A stretch of 58,540 bases of DNA, the filler included, from Squatina squatina (Eukaryota), in assembly GCA_031763465.1 (NCBI GenBank). It is 4 parts of 4 records of this genome, joined end to end, with 100 filler letters (N's around TTAATTAATTAA, not from the genome) between each part and the next. Parts side by side here need not be neighbours in the genome. Positions count along the whole stretch, not along the records: positions 14,355 to 30,410 come from JARFOE010000120.1; 3 more parts are not named here. One strand, given 5' to 3'. Numbering within the stretch: position 1 is the stretch's first letter; each line of letters starts with the position of its first letter. Positions 14,255-25,083 of this stretch are shown in pieces. The notes under the pieces were generated by a model. The model had not been told where the DNA came from. It searched no databases and saw only the letters and a list, made by a program, of their open reading frames with translations. Made by a program: the position numbers and the translations under genes.

Positions 14255-14354
14255 NNNNNNNNNNNNNNNNNNNNNNNNNNNNNNNNNNNNNNNNNNNNTT
14301 AATTAATTAANNNNNNNNNNNNNNNNNNNNNNNNNNNNNNNNNNNNNNNNNNNN
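14255..14354. other. Artificial scaffold-joining linker (N44-TTAATTAATTAA-N44)
   Basis: Exact 12-mer at 14299-14310 inside a 100-nt N block; it gives stop codons in all six frames; identical design at three sites. Confidence 0.97.
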
Positions 14355-15297
14355 AATCAGTTGTCAACCTGTAATCTTGTTCCATTTGTGAATCCATTTG
14401 CAGACGGTGTTGGCCATGTGCTCTTTAAGTGCAGAAATATTTTATTGCATGTGTGCACTAAGTTTTAGAGCAGAGTGACAATGAATGTGGCTGGTGGCGT
14501 GTGTGGGAATGACTGGGCCTGAGACTAAGTGTGGTTGTTGGGCTTTGGGATTGTCTGACTCATGATCTAGAAGGATCCAGAGGGAAATGACTTGGAACCC
14601 CAGTTCTATAAAACCTTTTTAAGAATAGAGGCTAGTCTACAGAGCACAGGATAATAAATGTGTGCCCCATGGGTTATACCCACATCACCAATATAGAGTC
14701 TCATTAATTTCTACAGAACGTAAAGTCAGAATTTCAATTTTTAAAAAAACTTTTTGTTTGTTCATCAAGACGAAGGTAAACAAAGTGCAGAGTGATGGAA
14801 TCAGAACACTTTCAATTACAGTGTCAGCATTAAGCATGCCCAGGTCAGGAAAGAAAACTTCTTCTATACTGCCCTGTCAGGCACTCCAAGTCAAGTACAG
14901 CACAATTTAAATGTAGAGCTGAGTTTTCTCCAGCAGGCTGTTGAACTAACTGAGCGTGGCGAACTATCCTTTGAAGGTGATGACAAGACAGAAAATTAAC
15001 AGTTTACACTTGACTGTCACATGCCAACAAACACCGCCTATTACAATGCGAATGCCGAACCTGGGTCCAAAGGGACGACTTGCTGATTCTCCTGGTGGAA
15101 GAGCTGAACCTCAGCAAAATCCAGTCAAAAACAGAGACCTCCCATTCCTGACTGCACTTCATATAATGGAGCCTTGAGCTGTGCTGCTGTGAAGGAGAGG
15201 ACTCTATTGTGCCCTGCTGTTACTGTGAAGAATGCTGTTACTGATCCCATTATTCCCAGTTGCAGGAATACTGCAGGCTGGGCTGTGAGACCCTTAC

Positions 15298-15418
15298 CTA
15301 GCGGCATGATGGAGAGGTACTTCCCACGGAATTTGCTGGCGATGGTGATTTCCTGCCACAGGGTCCAGCCGTACTTAGAATAGACGTGGTGGGCAGCTGC
15401 GGGTGGGTGATGGCTCAC
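15298..15418 (-). CDS. OSBP2: OSBP2 internal exon, ORD signature (EQ)VSHHPP
   Basis: 121-nt exon, ttgcag|GTGAGC...CCGCTAG|gtaagg. Encodes VSHHPPAAAHHVYSKYGWTLWQEITIASKFRGKYLSIMPLG, the OSBP-family fingerprint. Confidence 0.95.
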
Positions 15419-15595
15419 CTGCAAACAGGAGGCAGACAGACAGACAGACAGGTCAGGTCAGCAGGATGTGCCACAGGATGGCAAGAAGGTTGTTGAGAGT
15501 TACACCACCAAGGGGATCGTCACATGGGGCACTCGACCGGCACTGACAGCACAGCAGTACACACCTTCTGATACGTCTAAACAGCTGAAAAAATA

Positions 15596-15782
15596 GGGGG
15601 CAATTTTAACCTAAGCCGCCGGTCAGGAAACTGGCGGGATCGGGTGGTACGCTGGTTTACACCCCGCCCGATTTTACTCTCCGTTGAAATCAATGGAGTG
15701 TAACATTGGGCGGGGTGTAAAATTGGCGTTCCACCCCATCCTGTGGGATTCCTGCCCGGTGAGTCTGGTTAAAATTGTCCCC
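15596..15782. mobile_element. Palindromic MITE (~187 bp), probably PIF/Harbinger-type
   Basis: TIRs GGGGGCAATTTTAACC / GGTTAAAATTGTCCCC match 15/16. Internal arms tttacaccccgcccg / tgggcggggtgtaaa flank a central ctccgttgaaatcaatggag hairpin. Confidence 0.85.
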
Positions 15783-16074
15783 AAACTGGGACAGCCGCCT
15801 GTCAGTTTATACTTTTTGCTTGATAGACTTCAATAACAAACGAGAATGAAGAAAGAAGGAAGGTGAATTTATATAACATGCCCTGACGGTCTCCCTTCGA
15901 AGAACAGTCACTGTTTTATGGACAATTCGGGCTCAGTCTTGTTCTGCGTGTTATAGCCACCGGATTAAGACGGANNNNNNNNNNNNNNNNNNNNNNNNNN
16001 NNNNNNNNNNNNNNNNNNNNNNNNNNNNNNNNNNNNNNNNNNNNNNNNNNNNNNNNNNNNNNNNNNNNNNNNNN

Positions 16075-16345
16075 GCAGGCTGCCCTTGGGTACTGTGCCG
16101 AAGTGGCCATTCTTCAAGTGCGAGCTAAAGCAAGACGCATCAACAGACTATTTGACTGTGGGGCATCATGGCCGAGTCCAATCCTGTCCTCACCAGATGT
16201 CCACACAGTTACGCTTTCCAGTGGAATGAAGAACACTGGTCAAGTTCATCTAACTTAGCAAAGACCAGGAACTGTACCTGGGACCTTCTGCACTGTATCA
16301 CTTAGTGCTGCAATAGATGTGCCTTCACCCACTTGGCCATTGGCA
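16075..16345 (-). mobile_element. Old SINE-like repeat; related decayed copies near 21065-21400 and 29380-29590
   Basis: Similar blocks recur in scaffold B (cctgtcctcacc..atgtccacaca..ctttccag; cctgggaccttctg). Family not identified. Confidence 0.5.
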
Positions 16346-16412
16346 GGTACAGGGAGGGGGAGCTGGGAGTAAGTTACATGCAGGCAAAGCAATGTGGGAG
16401 TAAGTTACTTAC

Positions 16413-16580
16413 AGGCATGGGAATCTTGGACAGCTCCTTCCCAATGCAGTTTTTCATAATGCTCCAGAGGTTAAGGCTGTAATTGGGCTTGTCTGGGATT
16501 TGGGTCCGTCTCTTTCTGTTCGGCTTTACCTCCCTGCTTGCTGATGCACTGAAGGAACCTTGGTGCTGACAGCCAACAAC
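16413..16580 (-). CDS. OSBP2: OSBP2 internal exon, start of the OSBP-related lipid-binding domain
   Basis: 168-nt phase 0/0 exon, cctgtag|GTTGTT...ATGCCT|gtaagt. Encodes VVGCQHQGSFSASASREVKPNRKRRTQIPDKPNYSLNLWSIMKNCIGKELSKIPMP. Not in the ORF track. Confidence 0.95.
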
Positions 16581-17162
16581 CTACAGGAAGGATAGCACAA
16601 CGACCAATGTGAGATAAAGCACACGCAGATGGGAGAGCACCAAGAAACCAGAATTACTGCTGGGAAATCCAGAGAAAGCAGAATTACTACTAATTACAAG
16701 CAAAATGCAGACTGAAGAATAGAAAGTAGTATTTCTATCTGAAAAGCAAGTAACTTTGTTTTAGGTAAAGTAACATTACTACCACAGAGTGCAGAGAATA
16801 TAACATTATCACTGATTAAAGGCAAAGTAACGTGACTCACTATGGGTCACTGGGCTCAGCATCATGATGAAAACGATGGGTTATATTTCAAATGATTACA
16901 GGATGTTTTAGCCAGCTAGATAGTTTTAAAAAGAAAGGATTTGCTTATTTGGAGAGAATCATGATTAACAGAGCTGATCGCTCACAAGTCAAATACCCAA
17001 CAGCCAATCAAAAGCACTGGATAAACTCAGCAACTCACTGACACCAGTATCACAGGGACAACNNNNNNNNNNNNNNNNNNNNNNNNNNNNNNNNNNNNNN
17101 NNNNNNNNNNNNNNNNNNNNNNNNNNNNNNNNNNNNNNNNNNNNNNNNNNNNNNNNNNNNNN

Positions 17163-17790
17163 GGCAACATCACGTTCAAGGAATTTGAAGAGAAAAGGGA
17201 GGTTGGAGATGGGCCGGTAGTTTGCAAGGACACAGGGTTCAAGGGTTGTTTTTTTGAGGTGAGGGTTGATGACAGCAGATTTGAGCGAGAGGGGGACAGT
17301 ACCTGAGGAGAGGGAACCGTTAACAATGTCAGCTAACATGGGAGCCAGAAAAGGAAGTTGGGTGGTCAGCAGTTTGGTGGGAATAGGATCAAGGGAGCAG
17401 TAAGTGGGTCTCATGGACAGGATGAGCTCAGAAAGGTCATGAGGGGAGATTGGAGAGAAATTGGAAAAAGATGTAGAGCCAGGGCTAGGTCAGGGAGGGT
17501 CCTTAGAGGAAGTTTGGCCCAGTGGGCTAGCGGAAGAAAGGGAAGCGACAGAGGCAGCTGAACAGATGGTCTCAATCTTGGAGACAAAGAAGTCCATGAG
17601 TTCCTCACAGTCATTGTCGGAGGTGAGGGTGGAAACTGGGGAGAGGCATTTAAAAAGGTGGCTAGCAGTGGAGAATATGAGCCAGGTTTTATCTTTACAT
17701 TCCAGGATGATTCTAGAATAGTGAGCTTAGTTTAGGGAGGGAATTTCAGAGCTTTAGGATCTAGGCAGCTGAAGGCAAGGTTCCCAGTGG
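17163..17790 (-). mobile_element. L2-clade LINE ORF2 fragment
   Basis: MRPTYCSLDPIPTKLLTTQLPFLAPMLADIVNGSLSSGTVP...LANYRPISNLPFL, typical of L2 RT N-terminal motifs. Confidence 0.9.
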
Positions 17791-19078
17791 GCCCAGTGCA
17801 AAGCCAGCACACTACAGTTTAAGCCTGACATTCTCTGGCTTTTATTCTTTTGCTATATGATTTACTTTTACAATATCAAGTTATACAACAAAAATATGCA
17901 AGAAAATAAATTAAATGCTTCCTTTGTAACTTTTTTATAGTTTAGTCTTTAAGATCAAACCATAACCCAGTAAATCACTTTCCATTGCTTGTTCACCAGT
18001 GGTTATATTACAGCACCCTTCAATTTTTCTTTTTCCTCTTGCAGTACCGTCCTCACCCAAATTCTTACAGGCACAATTGCTGAAGCACTGGATATCAATC
18101 AAGAGCGGTAAATCTGGCCACTTATTTCCCATCCCTAATTCAGGTGCTGAGACTAATTATAATGCATTTGTTATGCATTTTTTTTTATATAAACATGGTC
18201 TAACTAGAAGTGATTTTATTGCGGGAAGAGAAGTCAGACAAAATAATGCTAATTAGTAACACGGGTGTGGATCTTTTCTCCCTCCCAATCGTCAAGCAAG
18301 TATTAAGAGATTTGATATTTTTTTCTCTCTGCACCACTCACCCTATTCTTCTGAAGCTGCTGCCTCTTGAGGGAGCGTGGTCACTGTTGCCAGCTGACCC
18401 TTGAGACATTGCCAAAGGAGGATTTCTTTGTACGNNNNNNNNNNTGGTCCTTACCTAACCTGTACATATGCATAATTTCAGTAAGGGTTCACTGGATGGT
18501 ATTAAGGAGCAAGGACTCTAGCTGATTTTTCCCCTCCTAAGGACAGATGCTGAGGCTTAACAACCTATCCATGCCAGACGAGATGAATATGTGAATGATT
18601 TATTCAGTAGCAGAGCTAAATTTAGCCTACTGTGGTGGGGGGAGGGGCTGTTAAACTGAAGATTTGGCCAAAAAGGCTGACGGGGTCGAGCTGGGAACCA
18701 GGGAATGCTGACTTGCCAAGTCCAAAGGCGGAGTCAGGAACTGCACAGACTTGCAGGCCAAAGACTGGTGACAGAGGTTCCCAGAAGCGAAATAGAGATG
18801 GTCCTCCAAAGCCTCGTTGGCTGACCTCAAAATGAGATCCCAGGAGTATTCGGAGTGGTGTTACAGAGCAGGTTAGCTTCAGAATATACATGGAAGGAAA
18901 AACTGTAGGAAAGTCAGAAGAACACAGTAGTTTAGAAATTAAGGTTGATATTACTTGTTCATATGACAAGGTAACCAATTTATAATGAACAGTAATTAAC
19001 AATAATTTCTGGGCTTAAATGTAAAATGTCCATCTCGTTTCTGTGATATTAGTTCCAGATATTTTAAGTGAGAGACAC

Positions 19079-19260
19079 AGTTTAATTGAAAGACTGACCA
19101 GGCTGGGGCTCTTTTCTCTAGAAAAGAGAAGACTGAGGGGTGACCTGATAGAGGTCTTTAAAATTATGAAGGGGTTTGATTGGGTAGATGTAGAAAAGAA
19201 GTTTCCACGTGCGGAGATCAAAACTAGGGGCCGTAAACATAAGATAGTCACTAATAAATC
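19079..19260 (+). mobile_element. CR1-clade LINE ORF2 C-terminal fragment
   Basis: ERLTRLGLFSLEKRRLRGDLIEVFKIMKGFD motif. Confidence 0.9.
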
Positions 19261-19360
19261 NNNNNNNNNNNNNNNNNNNNNNNNNNNNNNNNNNNNNNNN
19301 NNNNNNNNNNNNNNNNNNNNNNNNNNNNNNNNNNNNNNNNNNNNNNNNNNNNNNNNNNNN

Positions 19361-20231
19361 AATGGCGGAGAGGCGTTGGAGGAGGATAGAGTGATCAACC
19401 GTGTCAAAGGCTGCAGACAAGTCAAGAAGGACGAGGAGGGATAGTTTACCTTTGTCACAGTCACGAAGGATGTCATTTGTGAATGTGATGAGAGCCATTT
19501 CGGTACTGTGACAGGCGCGGAAACCAGATTGGAGGGATTCAAACAAGGAGTTCCGGGAAAGATGGGCATGGATTTGGGAGGCGACAACACGTTCAAGCAC
19601 TTTGGAGAGGAAAAGAAGGTTGGAGATGGGGCGGTAATTTGCAAGGACGGAGGGGTCGAGGGTTGGTTTTTTTGAGGACAGGACTGATGGCAGCAGATTT
19701 GAGGGAGAGGGGGACAGTACCTGAGGAGGGATAACTGTTAACAATATTAGCTAACATGGAAGCCAGAAAAGGAAGTTAGGTGGTCAGCAGTTTGGTGGGA
19801 ATAAGGTCAAGGGAGCAGGAAGTGGGTCTCATGGACAGGGTGAGCTGACAAATGTCATGAGGGGAGATTGGAGAGAAACTGGAGAAAGATTTGGAGTCAG
19901 GGCGAGGGCAGGGGGGGATCCTTAGAGGAAGATTGGCCCGGTGTGCTAGGGGAAGGAAGGGAAGTGGCAGCAGCGGTTGAACAGAGAGTCTCAATCAGAG
20001 ACAAAGAAGCCTATGAGCTCCTCACACTTAATGACAGATGTGAGGGTGGAGACTGGGGAGAGGGGTTTAAAAAGATGGTTAGCAGTGGAGAATAGAAACC
20101 GGGGTTGATCTTTACATTCCAGAATGATTCTGGAATAGTGAGCAATTTTGGCAGACGAGAGCATGATCCGATAATGCTTTATGTGGTCCAGCCAGTTCTG
20201 GCTGTGAATGGCGAAACCAGTTGTCCAACAT
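19361..20231 (-). mobile_element. L2-clade LINE RT fragment
   Basis: LANYRPISNLLFLSKVLERVVASQ...LQSGFRACHSTEMAL...LLVLLDLSAAFDTVDHSILLQRL; same family as 17163-17790. Confidence 0.92.
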
Positions 20232-20665
20232 NNNNNNNNNNNNNNNNNNNNNNNNNNNNNNNNNNNNNNNNNNNNNNNNNNNNNNNNNNNNNNNNNNNNN
20301 NNNNNNNNNNNNNNNNNNNNNNNNNNNNNNNTTGCTTGTGACAAGGTGCACACAGTATGAAGCCTGTCGGGTTGTGTTCATTCTTCGAGTAAAGGGATTT
20401 CTCCACACCCTATTAGAGTTGGGCAGTGTCTCACTGCCAGCAGAGTTGCAGCTCAACTCCAGCAGTGTGCGAAGGAAGTCAGGAATGAAGAGGAATACAA
20501 ATAAAACAATTTTCATCAGCGTGAAATCTCAGTTAATACAAGGTTCACAATAAAAATGAGTCAGCAAAGTCACCCATTTATCTTTCATCCAAAGAAAATC
20601 TGAAGCAGCATTATTGCAATGTAAGAGAGGAGGACATATATTAAGCATCGCTCCACAGACACTAC

Positions 20666-20874
20666 CTGACTGATTGTTCATCATCCGAATAGCTTTGGAC
20701 TTGGCCAGTTCGAGCGCAGTCACCCAGCGTTGCCGTTCCACCTCCGAGCTTGCCTTCAGGTGGTACGTGCGCCCACTATCTGAGAGCACAAAAGTGCAGG
20801 AGTCCTCTACATCGATGTGGGCAGTTGCCAGGTTAATGGTGCCCCTGCATGTGTGCCCCATCTCGGCCTGGGTC
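20666..20874 (-). CDS. OSBP2: OSBP2 exon 2, C-terminal part of the PH domain
   Basis: 209-nt exon, ttcaccag|GACCCAG...CAGTCAG|gtagtg. Encodes (R)TQAEMGHTCRGTINLATAHIDVEDSCTFVLSDSGRTYHLKASSEVERQRWVTALELAKSKAIRMMNNQS. ATAHID and AIRMMN favour OSBP2 over OSBP. Confidence 0.93.
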
Positions 20875-21625
20875 CTGGTGAAATAATAAAACAAATATGA
20901 CACAATGAATGATCGTACCAGTGTTGCACACGGGTCCACTACATCACTGAACCTCTTCCAGGCATTCAAACATTCACCACCATATAATTGACAGAATAGC
21001 TTACAAAACCTCATTATTTTTCCATGTAGGAATCACTATTATTATTTATTTTGTTCCTCCAATTTTGTTTTTCTCTGGACTCGTACTGGGCAATAATTCA
21101 CAGGTCCGAGTCTCCTTCCAACACCTACCCCAGCTGGCTGCTCTTCCTCATCAGGGAAGGCAGGTAGGTTTGTTCAACAACCATGGGAGGGAAGGAGGCA
21201 ACATTGTAACTGCGCCCGGCCCTGTCCTTCCTCATCCAATGCGCACATATATACTTTCTCGGACAAATCACTGAATAATGTGCAGGAACAAGAACCATCT
21301 CTGGCCCAGAGGTGCTATCACATCTACTGCCACTGAAACTATCTCAGCGCAGAAGGATTGTTGAACCCCAGACATTCTGGTTTGCCTGGCTGATTACCAC
21401 CTTGATCAGTGAAATTACAAAGACCTCTGGAACATGTTGTAGTATCCATTTTTCATGATTAATTTCACTTATACTCTTTGGCGTGGTTTGTTCCTCCCCT
21501 CTTCCTCCACCCCCCGCAGTAACAGNNNNNNNNNNNNNNNNNNNNNNNNNNNNNNNNNNNNNNNNNNNNNNNNNNNNNNNNNNNNNNNNNNNNNNNNNNN
21601 NNNNNNNNNNNNNNNNNNNNNNNNN

Positions 21626-21830
21626 AGTCCTGTGTAGACCAGGCCGAGTCGGGGTAGCAAGCTCCCTTCCCTCAAAGGCTTGAACCAGTTGGATTTTATG
21701 ACAACCTGGCAGCTTTCTTCACCATTATCTAGTGCCAGCCAAGAAATGACCAGAATTTATTGAATTCAATTTTGCAACTTGACCTCTGGGAGACTAGTCC
21801 AGTACCATAACCACAACCACTAGGCAACCG
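21626..21830 (-). mobile_element. tRNA-derived SINE fragment
   Basis: Minus strand begins cggttgcctagtggtt...atggtactggactag (tRNA A-box-like head), then aattgaattcaataaattctgg. Confidence 0.55.
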
Positions 21831-22829
21831 TATCTATTATAATAGAAATTAAAAAATCTGGGCGAATGTCCTGTAAGCAGCAAGAGACTGGCCGGTCGAC
21901 TTAAGGATTAACCACAGGAAGAGATCACCGAAGACGCAGCACCTGCACCCTCAGAAGCTTGTGTTTCAGTAACCTCTTTATATTCTACAGATAGGCAGAA
22001 GAGACAAGTACAAATTGTAAACAATCCTTGGAAAAATACCAAGGAGTAGACTTTACTAATCTGAAGGGAACCTGCATGGATCTGAGTGAACACAGCTGTT
22101 TTGATTAGAAAACTGCTACTTGCAAACACGCGACAGTACAATTTCAGCCTCAGGAAGTGCAGCTTTGGAATTAGCTGAATTGCAAAGTATCGCAAATTAC
22201 TCAAATGAATTTGGTCGTGCTATTATCCCATCCAACTCGGTGGCTAAATGTTCGAGATGTTTTTGGAATAGCAAATAGGTCCAACCAGGACACATAGCGC
22301 CACTGCATCCATATACTTAGAAGGGAGCTTCCTTATTACAGAGTGGGGCAATGGTNNNNNNNNNNAGAAAGAAAGGTGAGTGAAGTTAATGAAAAATTGG
22401 TAACGAGAGCAAAAAGCAAGGTGATTTGTGTAGAGAGGTGGGGCTGAAATAATACACAAAACTTTCCAAACACAACATATTCCCCTCTGTTACCCGATGA
22501 AATTAATTCTGATATCACTCCAGGTTGCCTCTAATTTTCCTTTGGCCCGCACAACTCATTATTCAAAATTCCACGCGTGCAAGGTTTTTCTGTTTAAAAC
22601 CCGGCTTACTGGTTGTGCAAGTACTGCAGAGCGCTGCGTGGCTGTGAAGCTTAAAGGGAATATTGCTATCACTTGTGCCTAATGAGATAGCACAAGGGCA
22701 CGGACATTCTGTTTGGTATCACACATACACCCTCTGCTGCGAAAATAAACACTAAAACCAAAACACAAAAACAGCAAGAAACCAGTCTGCAGGTGGGAAC
22801 ATTTTTCAGAAAGGACATGATGATTTGTT

Positions 22830-23200
22830 CAAGTTTGAGCTCGTTTCTCAGAAATGTGCCAAAGCACTTGACATACAATGAATTACTCTGAAATGCATTG
22901 GCTATTATGTGGGGGATTGAACCAGCCATTTTGCGCACACAGCAATGTCCACAAACAGCAAAGAGAATAAACAGCTAACCCATTTTTGGTGGCTGTGGTG
23001 GAGGGAAAAATATTGGCCAGGACAGCGGGAGTGCTCCCTGGTCTTAAAATGGGATCTTTAATGGAATGGCACCGCCAGTTATGCAGCAAACTGCACTAAA
23101 ATGTTGGCTTGAATTACAAGCTCAAATCCTGGAGTGGGGCTTGAACCCATAACCTTCTGACTCAGCTGCAAAAATGTTACCAGATGAATCATGCTGACAT
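22830..23200 (-). mobile_element. Decayed SacSINE1-like DeuSINE
   Basis: gagggaaaaatattggccaggaca..., atgggatcttt and ctggagtggggcttgaacccataaccttctgactcag match the better copies. Confidence 0.75.
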
Positions 23201-23727
23201 TGAAATTACTTAAATTGCCAGTTTGCATTGTTAGAAACATATTATCAAAGTGCTTTTTTCAAGCAGTTTCTTCGTAACACAAACAAGGGAGGGTCAAACA
23301 CAGTTCCAACTCACTTTCCCGAAGCAGAAATTTGATATTTGACCCACCCATTCACAGACATAGCTCACATCACAGGAGACCAGCTAAACATGCCCAAGTA
23401 CTTTAGCAATGAGGAAAAAACTGTAAATCTGGAGTAAAGAGACAGAAAAGTTTGGACGTACACAGCAGGTCCATCACCTATAAAGTCAATGGCTCAAAAA
23501 TTGCTGTGAAATGTTTCAAAGATTTCCAAAATCAATTTGAAAAAATCAAAACATCGGATTCCCAATAGCCCACAGTCTGGAATTTTTCCAGAACCATTTC
23601 CTCACACAAATGGGCAGACAACAGTCTCTGTAAGTGGACCGCATGCTTACGCTATCTAACCAGTGTCTTTCACTCTCTGCCATACGGAGTTATTTAGTCT
23701 TGGGATGTGGGCAACACCAACAAGGCA

Positions 23728-24009
23728 ATAAGACCATAAGAAGTAGGAACAGGGAGTAGGCCATTCAGCCCCTCGAGCCTGCTCTGCCATTCAGTAAGAT
23801 CATGGCTGATCCAACTTTCTTCAAGTCCACTTTCCCGCCCAATCCCCATAACCCTGGACTCCCTTACTGATTAAAAATCTATCTATCTCAGCTTTGAATA
23901 TATTCAAGGATTCAGCCTCCACAGCTTTCTGAGGCAAGGAATTCCAAAGACTCACAACCCTTTGAGAGAAGAAATTCTTCCTCATCTCAGTCTTAAATGG
24001 GCGCCCCCT
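23728..24009 (-). mobile_element. CR1/HER1-type LINE 3' end with tail
   Basis: cataagaagtaggaacagggagtaggccattcagcccctcgagcctgctc...gagagaagaaattcttcctcatctcag is the reverse complement of the CR1 ORF2 end and 3' UTR. Confidence 0.85.
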
Positions 24010-24109
24010 NNNNNNNNNNNNNNNNNNNNNNNNNNNNNNNNNNNNNNNNNNNNNNNNNNNNNNNNNNNNNNNNNNNNNNNNNNNNNNNNNNNNNNNNNNN
24101 NNNNNNNNN

Positions 24110-24377
24110 CCTGGTACTGCGCCTCCAGGTCGCGCACCAGCATCCGGATGTAGCGCAGGCTGGCGCTGGACAGGGCCTTCATCCAGGCCTCCTGGCCGGG
24201 CTGGTCCTCGGCCGCCAGCTTGTACAGGCGCAGGCTGGGCTGCCGTTCAAAGACCACGGCGAAGGCGAAGCCCTCGGCTGATGACTCGCACAGCTGCACC
24301 GAGCAGCCCTCCAGGACGACCAGGCCTTGGGGCTCCCGCTCCCCGGGCCGCTCGAAGTAGAATAGCAGGTTCCCCCT
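24110..24377 (-). CDS. Sesquipedalian/PHETA (FAM109/IPIP27)-like PH domain segment, in frame with OSBP2 exon 1; truncated by a gap
   Basis: RGNLLFYFERPGEREPQGLVVLEGCSVQLCESSAEGFAFAVVF...YKLAAEDQPGQEAWMKALSSASLRYIRMLVRDLEAQYQ matches the PHETA pattern RGN(M/L)LFYFE...G(V/L)(I/V)(I/V)LEGC.V.L.E...FAFAV.F...Y.LAAE.Q...W.KALS.AS..Y.R..VR.LE.Q. Paralog not assignable. Confidence 0.85.
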
Positions 24378-24518
24378 CAGCACGAACCAGCGGCGCTGGT
24401 AACCCTTCAGGTAGTTGGTCCATTTGTGGAGCCAGCCTTTGTGAGTGTCAACGTTGCCGGGCGGTGAAGGCGGCGGCGGCGGCGCGGAGCTGGAGGCCTC
24501 TCTGGGCGCCTCACTCAT
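24378..24518 (-). CDS. OSBP2: OSBP2 first coding exon, 5' part (start at 24518 or alternatively 24632); normal 3' end and splice donor absent
   Basis: MSEAPREASSSAPPPPPSPPGNVDTHKGWLHKWTNYLKGYQRRWFVL. KGWL.KWTNYLKGYQRRWFVL is the OSBP2 PH start. The ATG at 24518 has A at -3; the frame is open upstream to the gap. GC/CpG-rich contig. Confidence 0.88.
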
Positions 24519-24764
24519 CCTGTCGCTGGGGTGGGGGCCCGGGCCGGAGACTTGCAAATCCTCACACGGCACCGAACTGTCCAAGGCCAGCACCCCGCAG
24601 GAGGACGGTACCAGAGCTGCCGGCTTGGCCATGGAGGAGGCGGGCGGTGCAGCGAGAAGGCGGGNNNNNNNNNNNNNNNNNNNNNNNNNNNNNNNNNNNN
24701 NNNNNNNNNNNNNNNNNNNNNNNNNNNNNNNNNNNNNNNNNNNNNNNNNNNNNNNNNNNNNNNN

Positions 24765-25083
24765 ATGTGATAATGGCCAAATAATTTGTTTTTTTAGCAT
24801 TGTTGTTTGAGGGATAAAAATTGGCCAGAACACCAAGGAGAACTCCCTGCTCTTCTTCAAAATAGTGCCATGGGATCTTTTACATTCACCTGAGGGGGCA
24901 GACAGGGCTTCGGTTTAAAAATCTCATCCGAAAGCCGGCACTTCTGACTGTGCAGCACTCCCTCAGTACTGCACTGGAGTGTCACCTTAGACTACGTGCT
25001 CAGATCTCTGGAGTGGGGCTCGAACCTACAAACCTTCTGACTCAAGGGGTGAGAGTACTACCGACTGAGCCACGGCTGACACC
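24765..25083 (-). mobile_element. SacSINE1-like DeuSINE
   Basis: Minus strand starts ggtgtcagccgtggctcagtcggtagtactctc...gtaggttcgagccccactccagag (A and B boxes), followed by the same core as 5251-5615. Confidence 0.9.

Noticed and set aside
14299-14310. TTAATTAATTAA repeated three times at about 15-16 kb spacing, as a possible biological repeat or homeobox site
   Set aside because: Always centred in exactly 44+44 N; a synthetic six-frame-stop linker. Linkage among the four scaffolds (OSBP2/MZT2, CTBP1, METRNL) therefore cannot be inferred.
17163-20231. Similarity between 17163-17726 and about 19560-20140 as a segmental duplication
   Set aside because: Both are independent diverged copies of the same L2 LINE family.
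15419-20665. Apparent loss of several OSBP2 exons (likewise CTBP1, MZT2 and METRNL exons)
   Set aside because: Missing internal exons fall in intervals containing gaps, and terminal ones may lie in gaps or beyond scaffold ends. Present exons are intact, so this is not evidence of pseudogenisation.
24281-24810. Plus-strand ORFs overlapping OSBP2 exon 1
   Set aside because: Antisense shadows of a GC-rich coding exon; low-complexity products with no recognisable family.
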